A DNA stretch of 64,000 nucleotides from Camelus ferus (taxonomy: Eukaryota): positions 42,720,001 to 42,784,000 of the forward strand of contig NC_045696.1 in the NCBI RefSeq assembly GCF_009834535.1. The letters run 5' to 3'. The translations under genes and the position numbers were made by a program. Positions within the stretch are counted from its first letter, which is position 1. Every line of letters begins with the position of its first letter. Under the pieces are notes generated by a model, which saw nothing but the letters and a program-made list of their open reading frames with translations, searched no databases and was not told the DNA's origin. Positions 14,158-28,151 of the stretch are shown piece by piece.

Positions 14158-14695
14158 TGTTACCAAGTCCAAATTTGTTCTGCTCGCTGCACAACAGGCC
14201 AGTAAATCGGGAGGCGAGGTGTTGGGGCGAGGAATGGTGACTTTATTCGGAAAGCCGGCAAACCGAGAAGATGGCAGACTAATGTCCTGGAGAACCCTCT
14301 TCCCCAAGTCAGAATTCAGGCTCCTTTTATACTAAAAAGGGGAGAGGGTGTGGTTGGTTGTTGCAGACTTCTTGGTGTGGGAATTCTTTGTTCTTGGAAT
14401 CCTTTGTTCTTGCAGCTGTCCACCTGGGTCAGGTAATGGTGCCCCTGTAAATCCTCCAACAAAACAAACATTATTTTCTATTCTGCAACCTGTCATCTTT
14501 ATATAAGTGCAAAAGTGTTAATATCCTTAAAGGTCAGAGCCTTGAGAACAGGCTCTCCTGTATATTTCAGGCTATAGGCAACATTGTTTTACAAAAGGTG
14601 CAGAGCCAGCAAGACTAATCCTAGAAAACAGGGCACAGGATTAAAGCCAAAGGAACAGATCTGATATGGAGTCAGATTTGTTCTTTCCTATTACA
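14158..14695 (-). mobile_element. ERV1-class solo LTR (538 bp)
   Basis: TG...CA termini and a perfect 4-bp TSD AAAT (14154-14157 / 14696-14699). AATAAA (~14243-14248) and TATAAAA (~14325) lie on the minus strand. CpGs are retained. Confidence 0.88.
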
Positions 14696-15058
14696 AAATT
14701 TTCAGCAGCAGCTTGAACCCAGCAGTGCCAGGAGCGTAATATTAGGGTTTGCAGAATCTCTGCTGGGATGAGATGCTAATGGGGCGAGTATCAGCTGCCT
14801 GCGATTTTACTTCCCTGCCTTAGTTCTCTTTCAGTGTTAGGGTGAGTGGATTTGGTTTTAAGGAGACTGTACCACCTAAAAAGTGATTCAGAAGATTGTT
14901 GGTGGTACAGCAGCAAACAGAAGTGACTGAGAGAGAATGTTTGGTACATTGAGGCCCACTTAGTCTCACCCTTTCCCTTTTGTTTACTTTCATCAGGGGG
15001 AATATAACTTAAGCCCTTCCCTAATTCTTATTATGAGACAGCACCATGAGCTCACAGA

Positions 15059-15059
15059 G

Positions 15060-15094
<35 letters not shown>

Positions 15095-15095
15095 C
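15059..15095. repeat. (CAA)n microsatellite
   Basis: About 12 AAC units seen directly. Confidence 0.9.
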
Positions 15096-15099
15096 TAAA

Positions 15100-16450
15100 T
15101 ATTGGGAAGAACAACCTGTAAAAGAAAAGTGACAAACCAATATCATCTGAAGCAGAATTCTTGAAGCAGATGGACTAAGAATTCAAAATAAGTTTAATTG
15201 AAATACTCAAGAGATAAGAAAAGTGTTAATAAAATGTGGGAGAAGTTATTAAAACAGAACCAAATGGAAATAGTAAATATGAAAAATATAATAGTTGAAA
15301 TAAAGAACAGAATAAATAAGATATATAAGCCAAAGAATGCAGCTCAAGATCAGACTGAACACTCTCAGAAGGTAACAGAAAAAGATATAAAGAAAATATA
15401 ACAATGCACTATATGAGATTTGGAGAATAGAAATAAAAGTGCTAATACACAGTTAATAATATTCTCAGAAGACAGATGCTGGTGGTCATAGTGGAAGACA
15501 AAGGTGAAGATACATTTGAAGAGCTAAAGAATATTAATATCCCAGAGTTTAAAAAAAATGACAGACCTCTTATTTGAAATAGCGCATAAGATAAACTTTC
15601 TGTATCTCAGTTTACCCAGCAATAAAATGAGGCTAGTAAAATGTCTGTCTTAACTATCTTATAAAATTAATATGAGGAGTAAATGAATTAACATATGTGT
15701 AAAACCCTTAGAATAGTGCCTTGTACATAATCACTATTTTAGTATTACTATTATCACTATTACCTAGATGTATATAATTAAATTCTAGAACATCAACAAC
15801 AAATGGAAGATGCTTCCAACGAGAATGAGCGTATCAGCTAACACCATAATTACATGGTGGAACCAAGGGCTCTATATCCAATCAGACCTCAAAATATTTA
15901 CCAGATGAAACCCGCTCTGAAGAACTCTCGGAGAATGTACTGAAATAAGAAGATACAAAAAAGCACAAGGGTGTTACCAGAGATACATGAAGTAATGGTG
16001 GCCAAAAAACTAGAGGATATTAAGAGTATTTTTAAAAGCTCAGATTGAGGAAAATAAATTCTAAGTAACATCAAGATTGTGTTGGAGGTGGGAGGCAGGA
16101 AGCAAGACCAAAATGATATGAAACCTGCAAGATACCAATATTGTTACATTGAAGAAACTAATAAAGGAAACATAAGGGGAAAGCCCAGAAGTATAGATCT
16201 TAAGTTAGGAACAACCACCTTAAGAATAAAAATTTTCATGCATTTCTGCAGGAATGATGCAGCTATTCTGGGAAGAATCTTGGTAGTTATTAGTCAAATT
16301 ATCCATGCATATAAACTGTGGCCCAGCAGTTTCACTTCTGGTCCTGCACCACAGAGAAATTACTACAGGGTTCCGTATGGCTACAAGTGTGAGGTTGCAG
16401 ATGGGGTCTTCTAGACCCAACACTGGATGATGGATGAGTTAAGCAGAGTG
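15100..16450 (+). mobile_element. Degenerate old L1 (ORF1 coiled-coil remnant and later fragments) with a nested MIR (~15595-15765)
   Basis: ORF 15198-15401 'KQNQMEIVNMKNIIVEIKN' resembles the L1 ORF1p motif KNQMEILELKNTI.EIKN. A MIR core 'ctcagttttacc..ataaaatgagg..ttagaatagtgcct' lies inside it. Confidence 0.65.
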
Positions 16451-18384
16451 GCAGCAAAAGCCACTCCAACAGCAGTGCTGGCACCTCTGAAACCAGCACA
16501 CAGTCGGGCAGTGACTTTACTGAGCTGCCCTGTGGCCTTTGCTCTTTGTGGGTGCCCTACGAGGTAAAGGTTAAGATGGAAAGAGGAAATCACCACGGAC
16601 CATGAGTGGGATACTGACAGGAGGTGAAGTCAGCCTGTACTTGAACTGGAGCCACGTGGTTGCCGTGGGTGATATGTTTTTGTGGACTTTGGGCATCACT
16701 TGCTACTAAGTCGTACATTGCTAATTGTGGACCCACAAAAGAACAAGAGGGAAACTGAGGGGAGAAAGACTGGTTTCATCACTAGGTGAATTAAGGCAAC
16801 CTGTTCAAACTGGAATCATTAGAAGGACTCTTGAAAATGTATTGGCGTTTTCACAGGAATCTGGGGTAAAACAACACCCTTGGTTCAAACTCTTCTATCA
16901 TTCTCTGCATGTTTTCAAACTGCAACACATGGTCAAATAGCAATTCCAAAATCTTGCCATATTGTGGAATCAGTAGTTTTTTTATTGGTATAAAAGCTTA
17001 GCTGTCACCTGGCATTAGACTCTTGGTGTTGTGTTGAAGTGCCTGGCTCTGGGAACAGAGTCTGTATGTTTAAAGCCTAGTTCTACCATGTGCCATTTTA
17101 ATAAAATAATATATGTAAAGGACCTGGTACTTGGTAATTATCAAAACAAATGTTTTCCTTATTTCCTTCTACTTAATCATGAATCTGATTGAAGTGGTAA
17201 ATCTTCATTTATGTGATTCGTAAATAACACTTTGTGACTATGTCCAAATTGGGCAGAGTTAAAATGTGGGATTCATCTGATTCTCACTGCTCAGTCTGGG
17301 TTCAATTTAGACTTAGATCAGTCTCTTAAGAAGAATCAGGTTGGTTAAACAGAATTTAGGGTTTCATGTTTGATCAGTTTACACAGAGCAGAGTTTTGGT
17401 CTATTATTCCATAGTGGGCTCTGAAATTGTTGGTTAAGGAAAAGCTATGCAATTTACAAATAGCCACTTACAATGTGATGTAAATTTGCACCATTATCCT
17501 TATATATTCACTTATAACACTAGAGTATATAATTATAAAAATCATTATTGTCATTTATAACTTTTAAATATGTACTTTTAGGCCAAATAAAGTGCTTATT
17601 CTACTTTATAATGTTTAATCACTTCAGTTTCATGTTTAGCTATACCCTTTTTGACATTAGGACTTGGAATTTCACAGTTTGTGATACGTACTGTGATGTT
17701 TATTGCATGTTTGCTCTTCTGGCTTGAAAGGATATAATTGATACTGCCAATTTAGCATGATAAACAACTCAGAAATTCAGAATGAGGAAAATGCTAGAAA
17801 TAATCATATTTGTCAAAGCATGTGTAAATACTAATTAATAAAATTTATAATGATTTAGGTACTTACTCATTTTTAGATCATCCCTAGTGGTAGTGGAAGA
17901 TCAACCTGCTTTAAGAACTGATTTGTCATAGACACAAAGAAATACAGGTGGGGAGTCTGTCCTCTTTTTTTTTAACTTCATTTTGTGTATGTGTGTATGT
18001 GACAAAAAGGAAACTATATTTAGGAAGGAGAGAAGACAGTGAGTAAGTTACTTTCAGTTTAGTTGATTATTTAAAAATTTGAAAAAAATATAAATAGGAC
18101 TCATAATATTCTCAAAGATAGGAAAGAAGGTGGGGAAAACCAACCAGAGCTTTGGCTCCATGATAATTATGAGGGGAGTTTAAAATCCCATTTCCTCTGA
18201 GAAGTTCTCCCTGATGCTCAGCTGGAAGTAATTTCTTCCTCTTTTCACTTCCCAGTGCATCTCCTAGAGCGCTTAGGACCTTGTGTGGTGGTGACTTATG
18301 GACACGCTCCAGGCTCTTATGACATCACAAGGTGATAAACTAATTGAGGAGAAGATTTTTATCTGATTCTGCTTCAGTATCGAA

Positions 18385-18612
18385 GGCAGCGGTTTCTAAC
18401 AGAAGAGTATGGCCTTTAGAGTCAGTAAGAACCCACTTTCAAGCTAAGCTCCTCTATTTCCTGTCTGACTGGGCATTAATTTTTCTGTGCTTTGATTTCC
18501 TCATATATGAAATGGTAATAGTAATACTTAGTTTATAGAATTTGGGAAAGATTTTATGAAATAGCTCCTGCACTGCGCCTATTCCCTTGCATATATTCAG
18601 TAACTGTTAGCG
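18385..18612 (+). mobile_element. MIR SINE
   Basis: 'ctttagagtcag...tttcctcatatatgaaatggtaatagtaatactt'. Confidence 0.65.
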
Positions 18613-19359
18613 CTCTTCTTTCATGTCTCTGGTAAGGATTCCTAGCCTCCACATAGAAGGTGTTCCTAAGAATAAGGAATGAGTCATTTTGCACCTGCAG
18701 CTCTCACCATTGGAGAGACAATGTAACCATTACGTTTGACAGGTATGGATTGTGGGATAAAGTACTTTTATCCCTCTCCCCACCCCCCTACACACACTGT
18801 TCTTTTAATTTGTTCAGTAGGGGCCTGCTATTTCCCCTTCTCTTGGGTGGAATTTCTCGGAAGCCCCATGATTTTTCTGATCGCTTTCAGACAGTCCCAT
18901 CAAAGCTCTCTGGTCAACAATTTATAGGCCTCTTTTCATGTGATAATTAAAGCTTCAAACTTCATTTGAGTTCCAGGTACTTCCCTCTTCCCAGCTCAGT
19001 TCTATTACCCTTTAGCCATTGCCTAATGGGTCGGGGGGAGGAGCTGATTGGCCTCTTCCACCGACTTATGCCTCTAACTCAAAAGAGGCAGGAAAGTTAT
19101 AATTTGACTAATACTGTCACAAACTGGTGCCAGACTTTCAGATTATTGCTGTAATTTTGTTATATACATCTATTTTTTTTAAGATGGAATTTTATCCCTT
19201 AGAACAGTTTTAATGGATTCTTCAAGGACCATTCCAATCCAGGCCCTCCTGATTGCTAGAAATGTTCTATCTGCAATCTTTTTGATGTGAATGAGATGCT
19301 TTCTGTGGCTGAATATGAGGTTCCCACTGGCCTTAGATTATTAACAGGCCTTTCACACT

Positions 19360-19628
19360 TTCATTCAGATAATATTTCTTGAGCCCCTGCCATATGTCAG
19401 ATACTCTTCTAAGTGAATCAATTAGTGAACAAAGATTTCTACCTTGGGAAAACGTATTGTAAAGGAGGAGACAGAACAATAAACGACAGACATAATAAGT
19501 AAATAACAGCATGTTAGAATGTGGCATGCACTGTGGAAATGAGAGCTGGTTAAAGGGGATCAGTGCTGCTTGGGTGGGGCTAAGTTACAGTTTTAAATAA
19601 GGTGATCGCTTCAGGTCTTATTGATAAA
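19360..19628 (-). mobile_element. L2 3' fragment
   Basis: 'ttcattcagataatatttcttgagcccctgccatatgtcagatact...gagacagaacaataaac...ttttaaataaggtgatc'. Confidence 0.65.
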
Positions 19629-19629
19629 G

Positions 19630-20098
19630 TCAGCTGCAACTCTTCCCATTCCGTAGATTCACCCCTTTGCAATGTGACTTCGCTGCTCCAGGAGGAGACT
19701 GTCTCTCTCCGTCTCTGGAATATAGGCTTGGTCATGTGATTTGCTTTGGCTAATAGGCATTAAAAATTGTGAACAAAGCAAAAACTTGAAAATGCTTGTG
19801 CACTGGGGTTTGCCCTCTCTTGCTGCTAGAGAACCATCTCCTACCAAGTAAAGAAGCCTAGTTTTTTCTGCTGGAGGATGAGAGCCCAAAGGGAGATAGA
19901 GGCTCTCAGCTTTCTAAACCGTTTTAGCTAAGGTCCCAGCTGAAGCTGAAGACCATCCAACTGAGGTCATTCCAGATCCAGCTCCAGCTGAGCTGGCACA
20001 GACCAGAAGATTAGCCAACCTGCACAATCATGATCAATAACAAACTGCAGTCGCTTTAAACTGCTGAAATGTGTGGTTGGCAACAGCTTACCGATACA
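19630..20098 (+). mobile_element. MaLR LTR (MLT1G/H-like)
   Basis: 'ctttgcaatgtgacttcgctgctcc...ggtcatgtgatttgctttggctaat...gctttaaactgctgaaat...gataca'. Confidence 0.7.
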
Positions 20099-20794
20099 AT
20101 GATACAATTATAACAAAAATCAAGGGCATCCTTTAAGCTGGAGATGGGTGAGCTTTCTCTGACTACCTAGATTTGTGAATGGGCTTGGTTAATTGAATAT
20201 TTTCCAGGTTCGGTTAGAAAGAAGTAAGGTGTGAATTAATGTTTGGTTGGTAGGAATACCTACTGCTATGGGTCCCAAACAGGGTCACAGGGGAAGAGAA
20301 TTAAGCTCAGTCTGGGTGGTGGAGAGGGATCAAGAAATGAATCTGTGTGGGGGTAGCACTTTAAATGTAGCTTGGAATTCTAAGTAACAGTTGGCCAAGA
20401 TGTTTGGGAGGAAGAGAATGGTGAATCCTTATGAGGGAAGTGGACAGCTTGGGCAAGGCACAGTGCTCTGTAGAGCATGGAACTTGGGGGAAATGCAAGT
20501 AAATTGGTTTGTCTGAAATAGAATTGTGCCTAGATATTTACAACAGTATCTGAAGGGATTTATCCGCTATGTCTCTGGTACAAAGAAATGCCCAGGAACA
20601 GGAATATAGAACTTCAGCTGCCTTAGAGCTTGTAAGAGATTTCTTGGGGGAATTAGATGCCCAGGGAAGGTCTAGGCAAAGGTACTTGTGTGTATCAGCT
20701 TATAAGGAATAACTGATACGATATTACCACGTAGAGCTAGAACAGTTTCCTTTGAACCATTTCTTTAAGAATAAATACAATTGTGAAAAATTTA

Positions 20795-20915
20795 GGATCT
20801 CTGGGCCCAGGCTGAAAGACTTTGAATCCCAGTCCTGCCACTGGTTAGCTCCTGGACTTTGGACGGTGTATGCAATGTCTCTGTTCCTCAGTTTTCTTTT
20901 CTGTGAAATTGGCAT
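20795..20915 (+). mobile_element. MIR SINE fragment
   Basis: 'tttgaatcccagtcctgccact...ctctgttcctcagttttcttttctgtgaaattgg'. Confidence 0.7.
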
Positions 20916-21239
20916 GACAGGCTTCCTTCCCGTTCCCCACTGCCATCCCCTGTCCTTATTTCCAGAGTCTAAGTGTTATAGTTCATGACCTGCTAGGGCC
21001 TAGCTCTTGACGTGGCTGTATATACCCCTTTTTGCCTATCTTATATGTAGGAAATCAGGATTCATGGGATTGCATGCCTAGTCTTGCTCTGTGTGACCGT
21101 ACAGAAAGGCCTTTCCTGCCTTGTAACCTCATGATTGCATTAAAAAAACATTAAATAGCTAGCTAATGCTGAGAAAGTCATTTCCCTCATCTGTTCCTGC
21201 CTTCTAGGTTCAGGAAATTCAAATATGCATTTAACCTAT

Positions 21240-21692
21240 TTTTAACTGGTTGAATTGCTTTCTCTAAAAAGATATGCTCAAATCCTAATCCCTGGTGCCT
21301 GCAGTTGTGCCCTAATTTGGAGACAGGTCTCTGCAGATGTAATCAAGTTAAGATGAGGCTGCTCTGGATTAAGGTAGGCCCCCAGTGCAATGACTAGTGT
21401 TAAACAAGAGGGCCTTTTGGGGACGTACAGACACTCTCAGAAGAAAGAAGTCTGTGTGATAACAGAGGCAGAGATTGGAGTGATGCAACTATAAACCAAG
21501 GAACACCGAGGTTGCTGGCAACCACCAGAAGCAAGAAAGAGGTAAAGAACAGTTCTTCCCCAGAGCCTGCTCAGGGAGCAAGGCACTGTCCGACTTTGAT
21601 TTTGGACTAAGCCTTCAGAACTGTGAGAGAAGAAATTTCTCATGTTTCAAGCCTGAGGTAGTTTGTTATATCTCCTCTTGGAAATGAATATA
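21240..21692 (+). mobile_element. MaLR LTR (MLT1B/C-like)
   Basis: 'tgcagatgtaatcaagttaagatgagg...gaggcagagattggagtgatgc...ccaccagaagc...cagaactgtgagagaa'. Confidence 0.85.
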
Positions 21693-23240
21693 CCTATGTT
21701 GAAATACGCAAAGACCTTAGAATATAGGCTATAAAAGCATGCATTGAATCTACTGGGTGTAAAAGCCATATTTCTGCATCACTCTGCTGTGGCTATTACA
21801 AAAGCTGCTATCAATATTCTCATCAGAAAGAAATGATCTTTGCAAGAAATCAGAGTTTAAATAAAGAAATGAAGACTGTTGGCAAGGAAGAACTTTTTCT
21901 TCCTTTTAGATCTTATAGCTAAAACATAGCCTTCCTGCTGCCAACATTGATATTTATCATCATCTTTTCCTTAAATTTAAAAACACTTCTATTAATGTTC
22001 CTTTCAGTGTCTCAGATTAGTTTTGTTGGATGAGAATAATCCTGATAGCCAGATCGTCATAAGATGCCTTTATCAACTTTGGTTTTGTTTTGTTTTTGGC
22101 AGGCTTAATGAAGCAAATCAGGATTTACCAGTCCCCCGGACACTTCTTTATTCCTTAGCACAGGAATTTGAACGTAACAGTGACTGATGAGGAATGACAG
22201 AGCATCTTGGTTAGTGCACATAAAACTGTTGTTTGTTCAGCTTATAAAGAATACATTTTAAATTGAATTTCAAGTTTCCTCTTTCTTCTATGAAACTTTG
22301 CTTTGAAATACTTCTCATGGTCAGAATGCTTTCCTGAATTGGATAAACACGCCCTTGCTTCTGAGCCCAAATTAGTCTCCAAGATGGACCGCCTGGGGCT
22401 CACACTGCCAGCATCACCACGGCCTGCAGGCCACTTGCCAGTCTGCAGCCGTGTCCAGGGAGATATCAGCTTCCTAACTGATTCCCCCCCCCGCTTCCCA
22501 ACCTAATTATTTGGAGACCTTCAAGCTTTCCAGAAATATCTGCAATTAGTCAGATGGCGTCTAGGGCTTTGTTTAAAATTACAATAGAAAATTTATCAAG
22601 ACCATTTGGTCTAATCTCTCTCATCATCTTCCCAGTAGATTTTTCCTTTTCTCTCTGGAGGGTTAGAAATGTGGTATGATTATTATATGATTACAGAGAA
22701 TAATAATAACGATAATAGTGCTTGAAATTATTATTACACCATGAAGAAAAATAATGCAGTAAAGATAACCCCTTGTCAGACTTGCAGAGATTTTCTTCCA
22801 GAAGCTCAAATAATGAACAGTTACTAGCTTTACAACCTCTTTTTGCTGACAGTGATTGGAGCCCTGGTTTTGTAAACCAGGGGCCATAGATTCATACTTC
22901 ACTTGAGTGTCAACCTACATCTAGTCCCTAAACATAATGGCTTGTGCAAAACAGTTGTTCAGTAAATATTGTTGTGTGTGTTAATAGGTAAATTAATAAT
23001 CAGGAAAGATTTTGGGGTAAAATAGATTATATTTCACTATAATCTCTTTTTCAACTGTTTTTAGGCAGCTTAAATATATGTAGCAAATACCTGGTTAGGC
23101 AAAGTTTAAAAGGAGAAAACCTTGGATTTAGAATATAAAACTCTATCTTGAGTCTGGTTTCTAGTTCTGCTATTTTCTAACTGTCCTTGAGTAAGCCACA
23201 ACCTCTTGGAGCCTCTGTCTTCACCAGTACATTAGAGTTT

Positions 23241-23263
23241 ACACACACACACACACACACACA
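23241..23263. repeat. (CA)n microsatellite
   Basis: Seen directly in the sequence. Confidence 0.9.
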
Positions 23264-23289
23264 TATTTCATTAAAGGTTTTCTTTACCC

Positions 23290-24730
23290 CACATTTAAAT
23301 ATAAACCTGAAAGCCTCTTAGTCTCCTATCCCCAGTCTTATTTCCTTTCCCATCCCCCCAGAATCACCCACTTCATAAATTTAATATGAGTTCTTCCAGT
23401 CACATACAGGAATGTACACATATGTGAATGAAAAAAAATAATATTGTGCACCTACATCTTTTTAAAACTTATGCAGATGCTATCAAAGTGTACACAGTAT
23501 CCTGAAACTTGCTTTTCCCCTCTTCATTATAATTTTAAAGATCTGTTCACAATAACACACGCTATCTTATAGCATAAATTATTTAATTCTCTAATGTGTG
23601 AGAAACAACACAGCTTGATGCTTAAGAGAAAGCATAGAATCTGGAGCCACACCATCTGGGTTTGTAACCATTTATTGCTGTGGGACCTTGAGGAGTTACT
23701 TAACCTCTCTGTGCTTCAGTTTTCTCATCTGCAAAATGGAGATTGTAATAGTACCTAGATCATGGAGTTGCTATGAAAATCAAATTAATTACCAACCCTT
23801 TAGAATAGTTCCAGCTTGCAGGAGGAGCAATATATGTGTTCTCTAAATGAGAGAATACAGCTGATGAAATTTTATTTTCCATTTTTTATTATTACTAACA
23901 TTCCAAAGAACATTTCTTACGTATCTCCTGGTTCACTTGTGGGAGTGTTTCCTCAATATCATATGAGACATGGAGTTGTTAGCTCAGAGAGTTTACATGT
24001 TTCCAGTCTTATTAGATGATCTTGATTTGTTTTCCATGGTGATTCTGCTAATTTATGTTCTTACCAATGTTTAAGGATTTCCAATTTCTCTATCTCTTTG
24101 CCCAATTGACTATTATCCAACTTCTCAAATTTCGCCGATCTGATCTGATAAAATGGATTTTATTGTTCTTATTACTTGTTTCCTTGGTTATAGGTGAGGA
24201 TAAACATCTTTCCAAATACCATGTGGACATTACGAGCTCTTCTTTTGTGAACAGTGAATTCTGCTTTGCTTGGCATGGGGCGCTATGTTTACTGTTTCCC
24301 TATAGGAAATATGCATTAGTCCCCCCACATTTCTTGAATCAACCCCATCGAGGTGTAATGCTATCTCAGGTGTATAATAGATTTCTGTAAGTGCACCGAT
24401 TTTTGTTCTGGCTCATCATTCTTTTCCTTTTACTTATTCTCTTATAATTATCACCTTCCAGTTACAATAGCTTTATGAAGATATCATGTCTGATGGGACA
24501 TTTTGCTTCTCTTGCATTTCTGGATCTGTCTTAGTGGTACAGTATCTGCGACTCTTCCCCATGTGGATTTGAAGATCAATTTGTACAAGTCTACAGAGTA
24601 CCTTGTTGGAATATTGTGTGAAGTAGCATTTAATATTTAGATTAACTTGGGAAAATACTCGTTTTTATGATATTTGTGGTTCCTACTGAATTGCTCTCCA
24701 TTTATCAAGTTATTCCTTGATTTTGTAAGT
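23290..24730 (-). mobile_element. Old L1 (L1ME-like) fragment with a nested MIR (~23610-23845)
   Basis: T-rich antisense L1 motifs such as 'cttgttggaatattgtgtgaagtagcatttaatatttagattaacttgggaaaa'. A MIR core 'gttacttaacctctctgtgcttcagttttctcatctgcaaaatgg' lies inside it. Confidence 0.6.
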
Positions 24731-25579
24731 TTCTCCTGAGGAATAAATCAGAAATTATGTTAACATACCTTGTAAAATGAAAAGATATAGGTATATTTAA
24801 ACATTGTATTTTTAAAGTAACTGCATATTATTGCAATATACAGGGAAATTCTCAAAATCTGATTTTATCCAGTTACATTTCCGTTTGTCCTCAGTGAACC
24901 TCTTATCAACTCTAAACAATGTTATTAAATCTTAATTTTTTCCAATTTTATTTTTCCAGCCCATATCATAATATAAAACTTATAAATAGTGAATTATATA
25001 GAAGTGATCATTCAGAAAAGAAAAAGTAGGAGATGCAAGCACCTTGAAAAATCATATTTCTCTAAGTAAATCATAAAGCTTTTTGAGCAGAATGGTTTAA
25101 ACAAAATAATTGAACAAATGCTCACTACACTTTACTTTCTTTTATCTAAATCCACCTTTGTCTTTGTCTGTTATTTCTTCCTGTGATATTTATGGACTTT
25201 TTACATTTGTGAAGAACTATGTTTGAAATTTTAGAAGACTGAAAAGAATTTAAAAGCACTGTCTTTGCCTTAATTGGCTATAACCGTATATTAATTAAAT
25301 GGCATAAAAACAATGAAAAAGAACATCTCTTTTAATGACAAATATTGTAGATTTCAGAAAATCTTGTGGATTTTTTTTCTGGTTCTTACCTAACTAGACC
25401 ACTCATCTAGTTCAACAACTAATTTCTATGTGCAAGGATCCAGAGCCACACATTGAAGATCTTTTCTTACACAGAAATGCTGTATATTGAATGTTTACCC
25501 TGTGACTCTATGTAATTTTCTGCTAGTATCCCCTGCTGAATTAGAATAGGGCTAGGGGTTTAGTTCCTGGCTGAGGCAC

Positions 25580-25866
25580 TGTGATAAAGTGGCTAATTGT
25601 GCTTTGGTATCTGAGCTTCGATTAAAAGTCCCAGCTCTACCATGTTAGCTGAGTGGCAAGTTGCTTAGCCTCTCTGCTTCAGTTTTCAGGTTTATTAAAT
25701 GTGGCTATAATAAAATGAAGATTAACTAAATGTGGGTATTAAATGTGGATATAGTGTGGAGATTGTAAGATTATTTTGAGCACTAAATGACATTACTTAT
25801 ATAAAACTATTAGAACAGTGCCTGACACACAGTAAACATTCATTAAATATTAGCCATTATTATTAT
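25580..25866 (+). mobile_element. MIR SINE
   Basis: 'cccagctctacc...ggcaagttgcttagcctctctgcttcagtttt...tagaacagtgcctgacacacagtaaac...tattagccattattatt'. Confidence 0.8.
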
Positions 25867-26431
25867 TTCTTTCTTCTAATTGTATCAAAGCTATGGAGTC
25901 ATATAGTCCTATGTATTTAGAAGGTTTAATTAAATAAGTCTTTACATAATGATATGTGGAGAAGTAACATCCTGGCAGATGATATTTGAGAAGATTTTTG
26001 TTAAGCTCTCTCTAAGATTTATAAGTGACTGTTCTGTGTTATGTGTCCTCTATTTCAGGATGAAGAGAAAGATACTTTGAATGGAAAAGGAGGAAGGAAA
26101 GTGAAGAGTAAGTTTGAGCTGTACTATGATTTGCTGCCTGGTGGGTCAGAAGAAAAAGGAGACACAATGATTGGTACTCGAGATGAGTGTCTTGGGAGGA
26201 TATTCATACCTCATAGAATTTTTTTTCTAGTGAAATAGTGTGACCCATGAGATGTAGTACTCTCCTTTACCACAAATGTTTCCAGTAAAATGATGAATAT
26301 TCTAATTTATTTGGTAAACTGCATCTCTGATAGAACAAGGGGAACCTAAGAAAAGATATGAACCATTTGGGCAACATACACATGATATATATGGAAACCT
26401 GTCAGTTAGAAAAAGTGTTTTGCGATCCTAC

Positions 26432-26945
26432 TTTTTTAAAATATATTTTATTGAAGTATAGTCAGTTTACAATGTTGTGTCAATTTCTGGTGTATAGTAC
26501 AATACTTCAGTCATATAGGAACATACATATATTTGTTGTCATATTCTTTTTTAACCATAAGTTACTACAAGATATTGAATATAGTTCCCTGTACTACAAT
26601 ATAAACTTGTTGTTTATCTATTACATATAGTAGTTAGTATCTGCAAATCTCGCACTCCCAATTTATCTCATCCTACTTCCTTCCCCCCGGTAACCATAAG
26701 TTTGTTTTCTATGTCTGTGAGTCTTTTTCTGTTTTGTAAATAAGTTTGTTTAGCTTTTTTTTTTTAGATTCATACATATAAGTAATATCATGTGGTATTT
26801 TTCTTTCTCTTTCTGGCTTACTTCACTTAGAATGACATTTTCCAGGTCCATCCATGTTGCTGCAAATGGCATTATTTTATTATTTTTTATGGCCGAGTAG
26901 TATTCCATTGTATAAATATACTACAACTTCTTTATCCAGTCATCC
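26432..26945 (-). mobile_element. 5'-truncated lineage-specific L1 3' end
   Basis: 'ttgaagtatagtcagtttacaatgttgtg...ttcacttagaatgacattttccaggtccatccatgttgctgcaaatggc'. Confidence 0.92.
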
Positions 26946-27504
26946 CATTTTTGAATAGAGTTGATGGGAGCAACTAGTGTTAGTGGTATCTTCAGTGGAA
27001 CATCATGTTCTTTAATACATATTGAAATTTGTTAACCCAATTCTGTTTTACAAACTAGGAACAATTTCTTACAAACACATTGATATACAATAAACATGTT
27101 ATGTAAAATTATGATTGTCAGAATTGATATTCGAGAAAAACATGGTCAACATCTTATTCATCTAATTAATACATTATAATTTTTCCATTTATATTTCTTT
27201 CTCCTATTTTAGTTATTTCATTGATTTATTTCATTCGTGGATCTCACGAGTACACCATGTGGGAACAGAGAGCGCTAAGTATGACTCCTTGGAAAGTAGG
27301 ACTATGTCTTATTGTTTTTTATTCTCATTGTAGGAGAGTGTCTTGCGTAAAGTAAGTGCTTCACACATGTTGGTAGAATCATTTTAATGGTTGAGATCTT
27401 GATCCTGCCTGTGGAACATGGGTTCCAAAAGAAAAAGAACTGAAGCTGTTGAATTAAACCTTGAATTAAGAGACTCAGGAAGACTGTTCCAATGGTTATA
27501 AAAA

Positions 27505-27650
27505 AAATACTGATCCGTCCTTTGCTAGACTCTACCTGCCCTACCAGGCTGGAGTATACTGCTTCAGCTTATAATGCTCACTTCAGTTCTAGAGTCTCAG
27601 ATGTACACAAAATACAAAGCAGATATCTCCAGAGAAGATCATGGAACTCA
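27505..27650 (+). mobile_element. Possible L3/CR1 fragment
   Basis: 'ctggagtatactgcttcag...tccagagaag' weakly resembles the CR1 3' ORF2 region. Confidence 0.35.
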
Positions 27651-28151
27651 GAAAGAGACCTGTAAATTTAATAAAAGATATTCAGAGAAAAGTATGATAG
27701 TACTTTTTATGCAGAATATCCATTGAGCTAAACTTTGGAACCTGCGGCATTCTTCGTTGTAATTCTTTAATTCAGGTCAAAAAAGAGAACACAGATACCT
27801 GGAAGAGGCCACCCTGACACAGGGACTGGTGAGTACACACATGTAAGAACCTGTAGGTGCTCTTCTGTTTGTTTGTTACTAGCTAGATGGCCTGTGTTTC
27901 CCATTTTACACAGCTGAATTATTGTATTACATTTAAGTCTCAATACATTTTGAGCATTTACCATTTCTTTTCTCCCTAGGATGTCAAGATGAAATTGTGG
28001 ATGTTATATTATGCCAGGCAGAGAACTTTGTAATATGGAACGAGGAGTCGTGAAAGCAGCCATCCTTATAAGAGATGCTCAAACATTCTCTTCATTTTTC
28101 ACTTTATATCCTTGCAAGTTCTATTCCTTTCTTCAGGATTGACTCTCTCTC

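Noticed and set aside
13774..14335. Longest ORFs in the track (177 aa minus, 108 aa plus)
   Set aside because: They straddle the ERV1 LTR boundary at 14158 and show no protein-family features, so they are chance ORFs.
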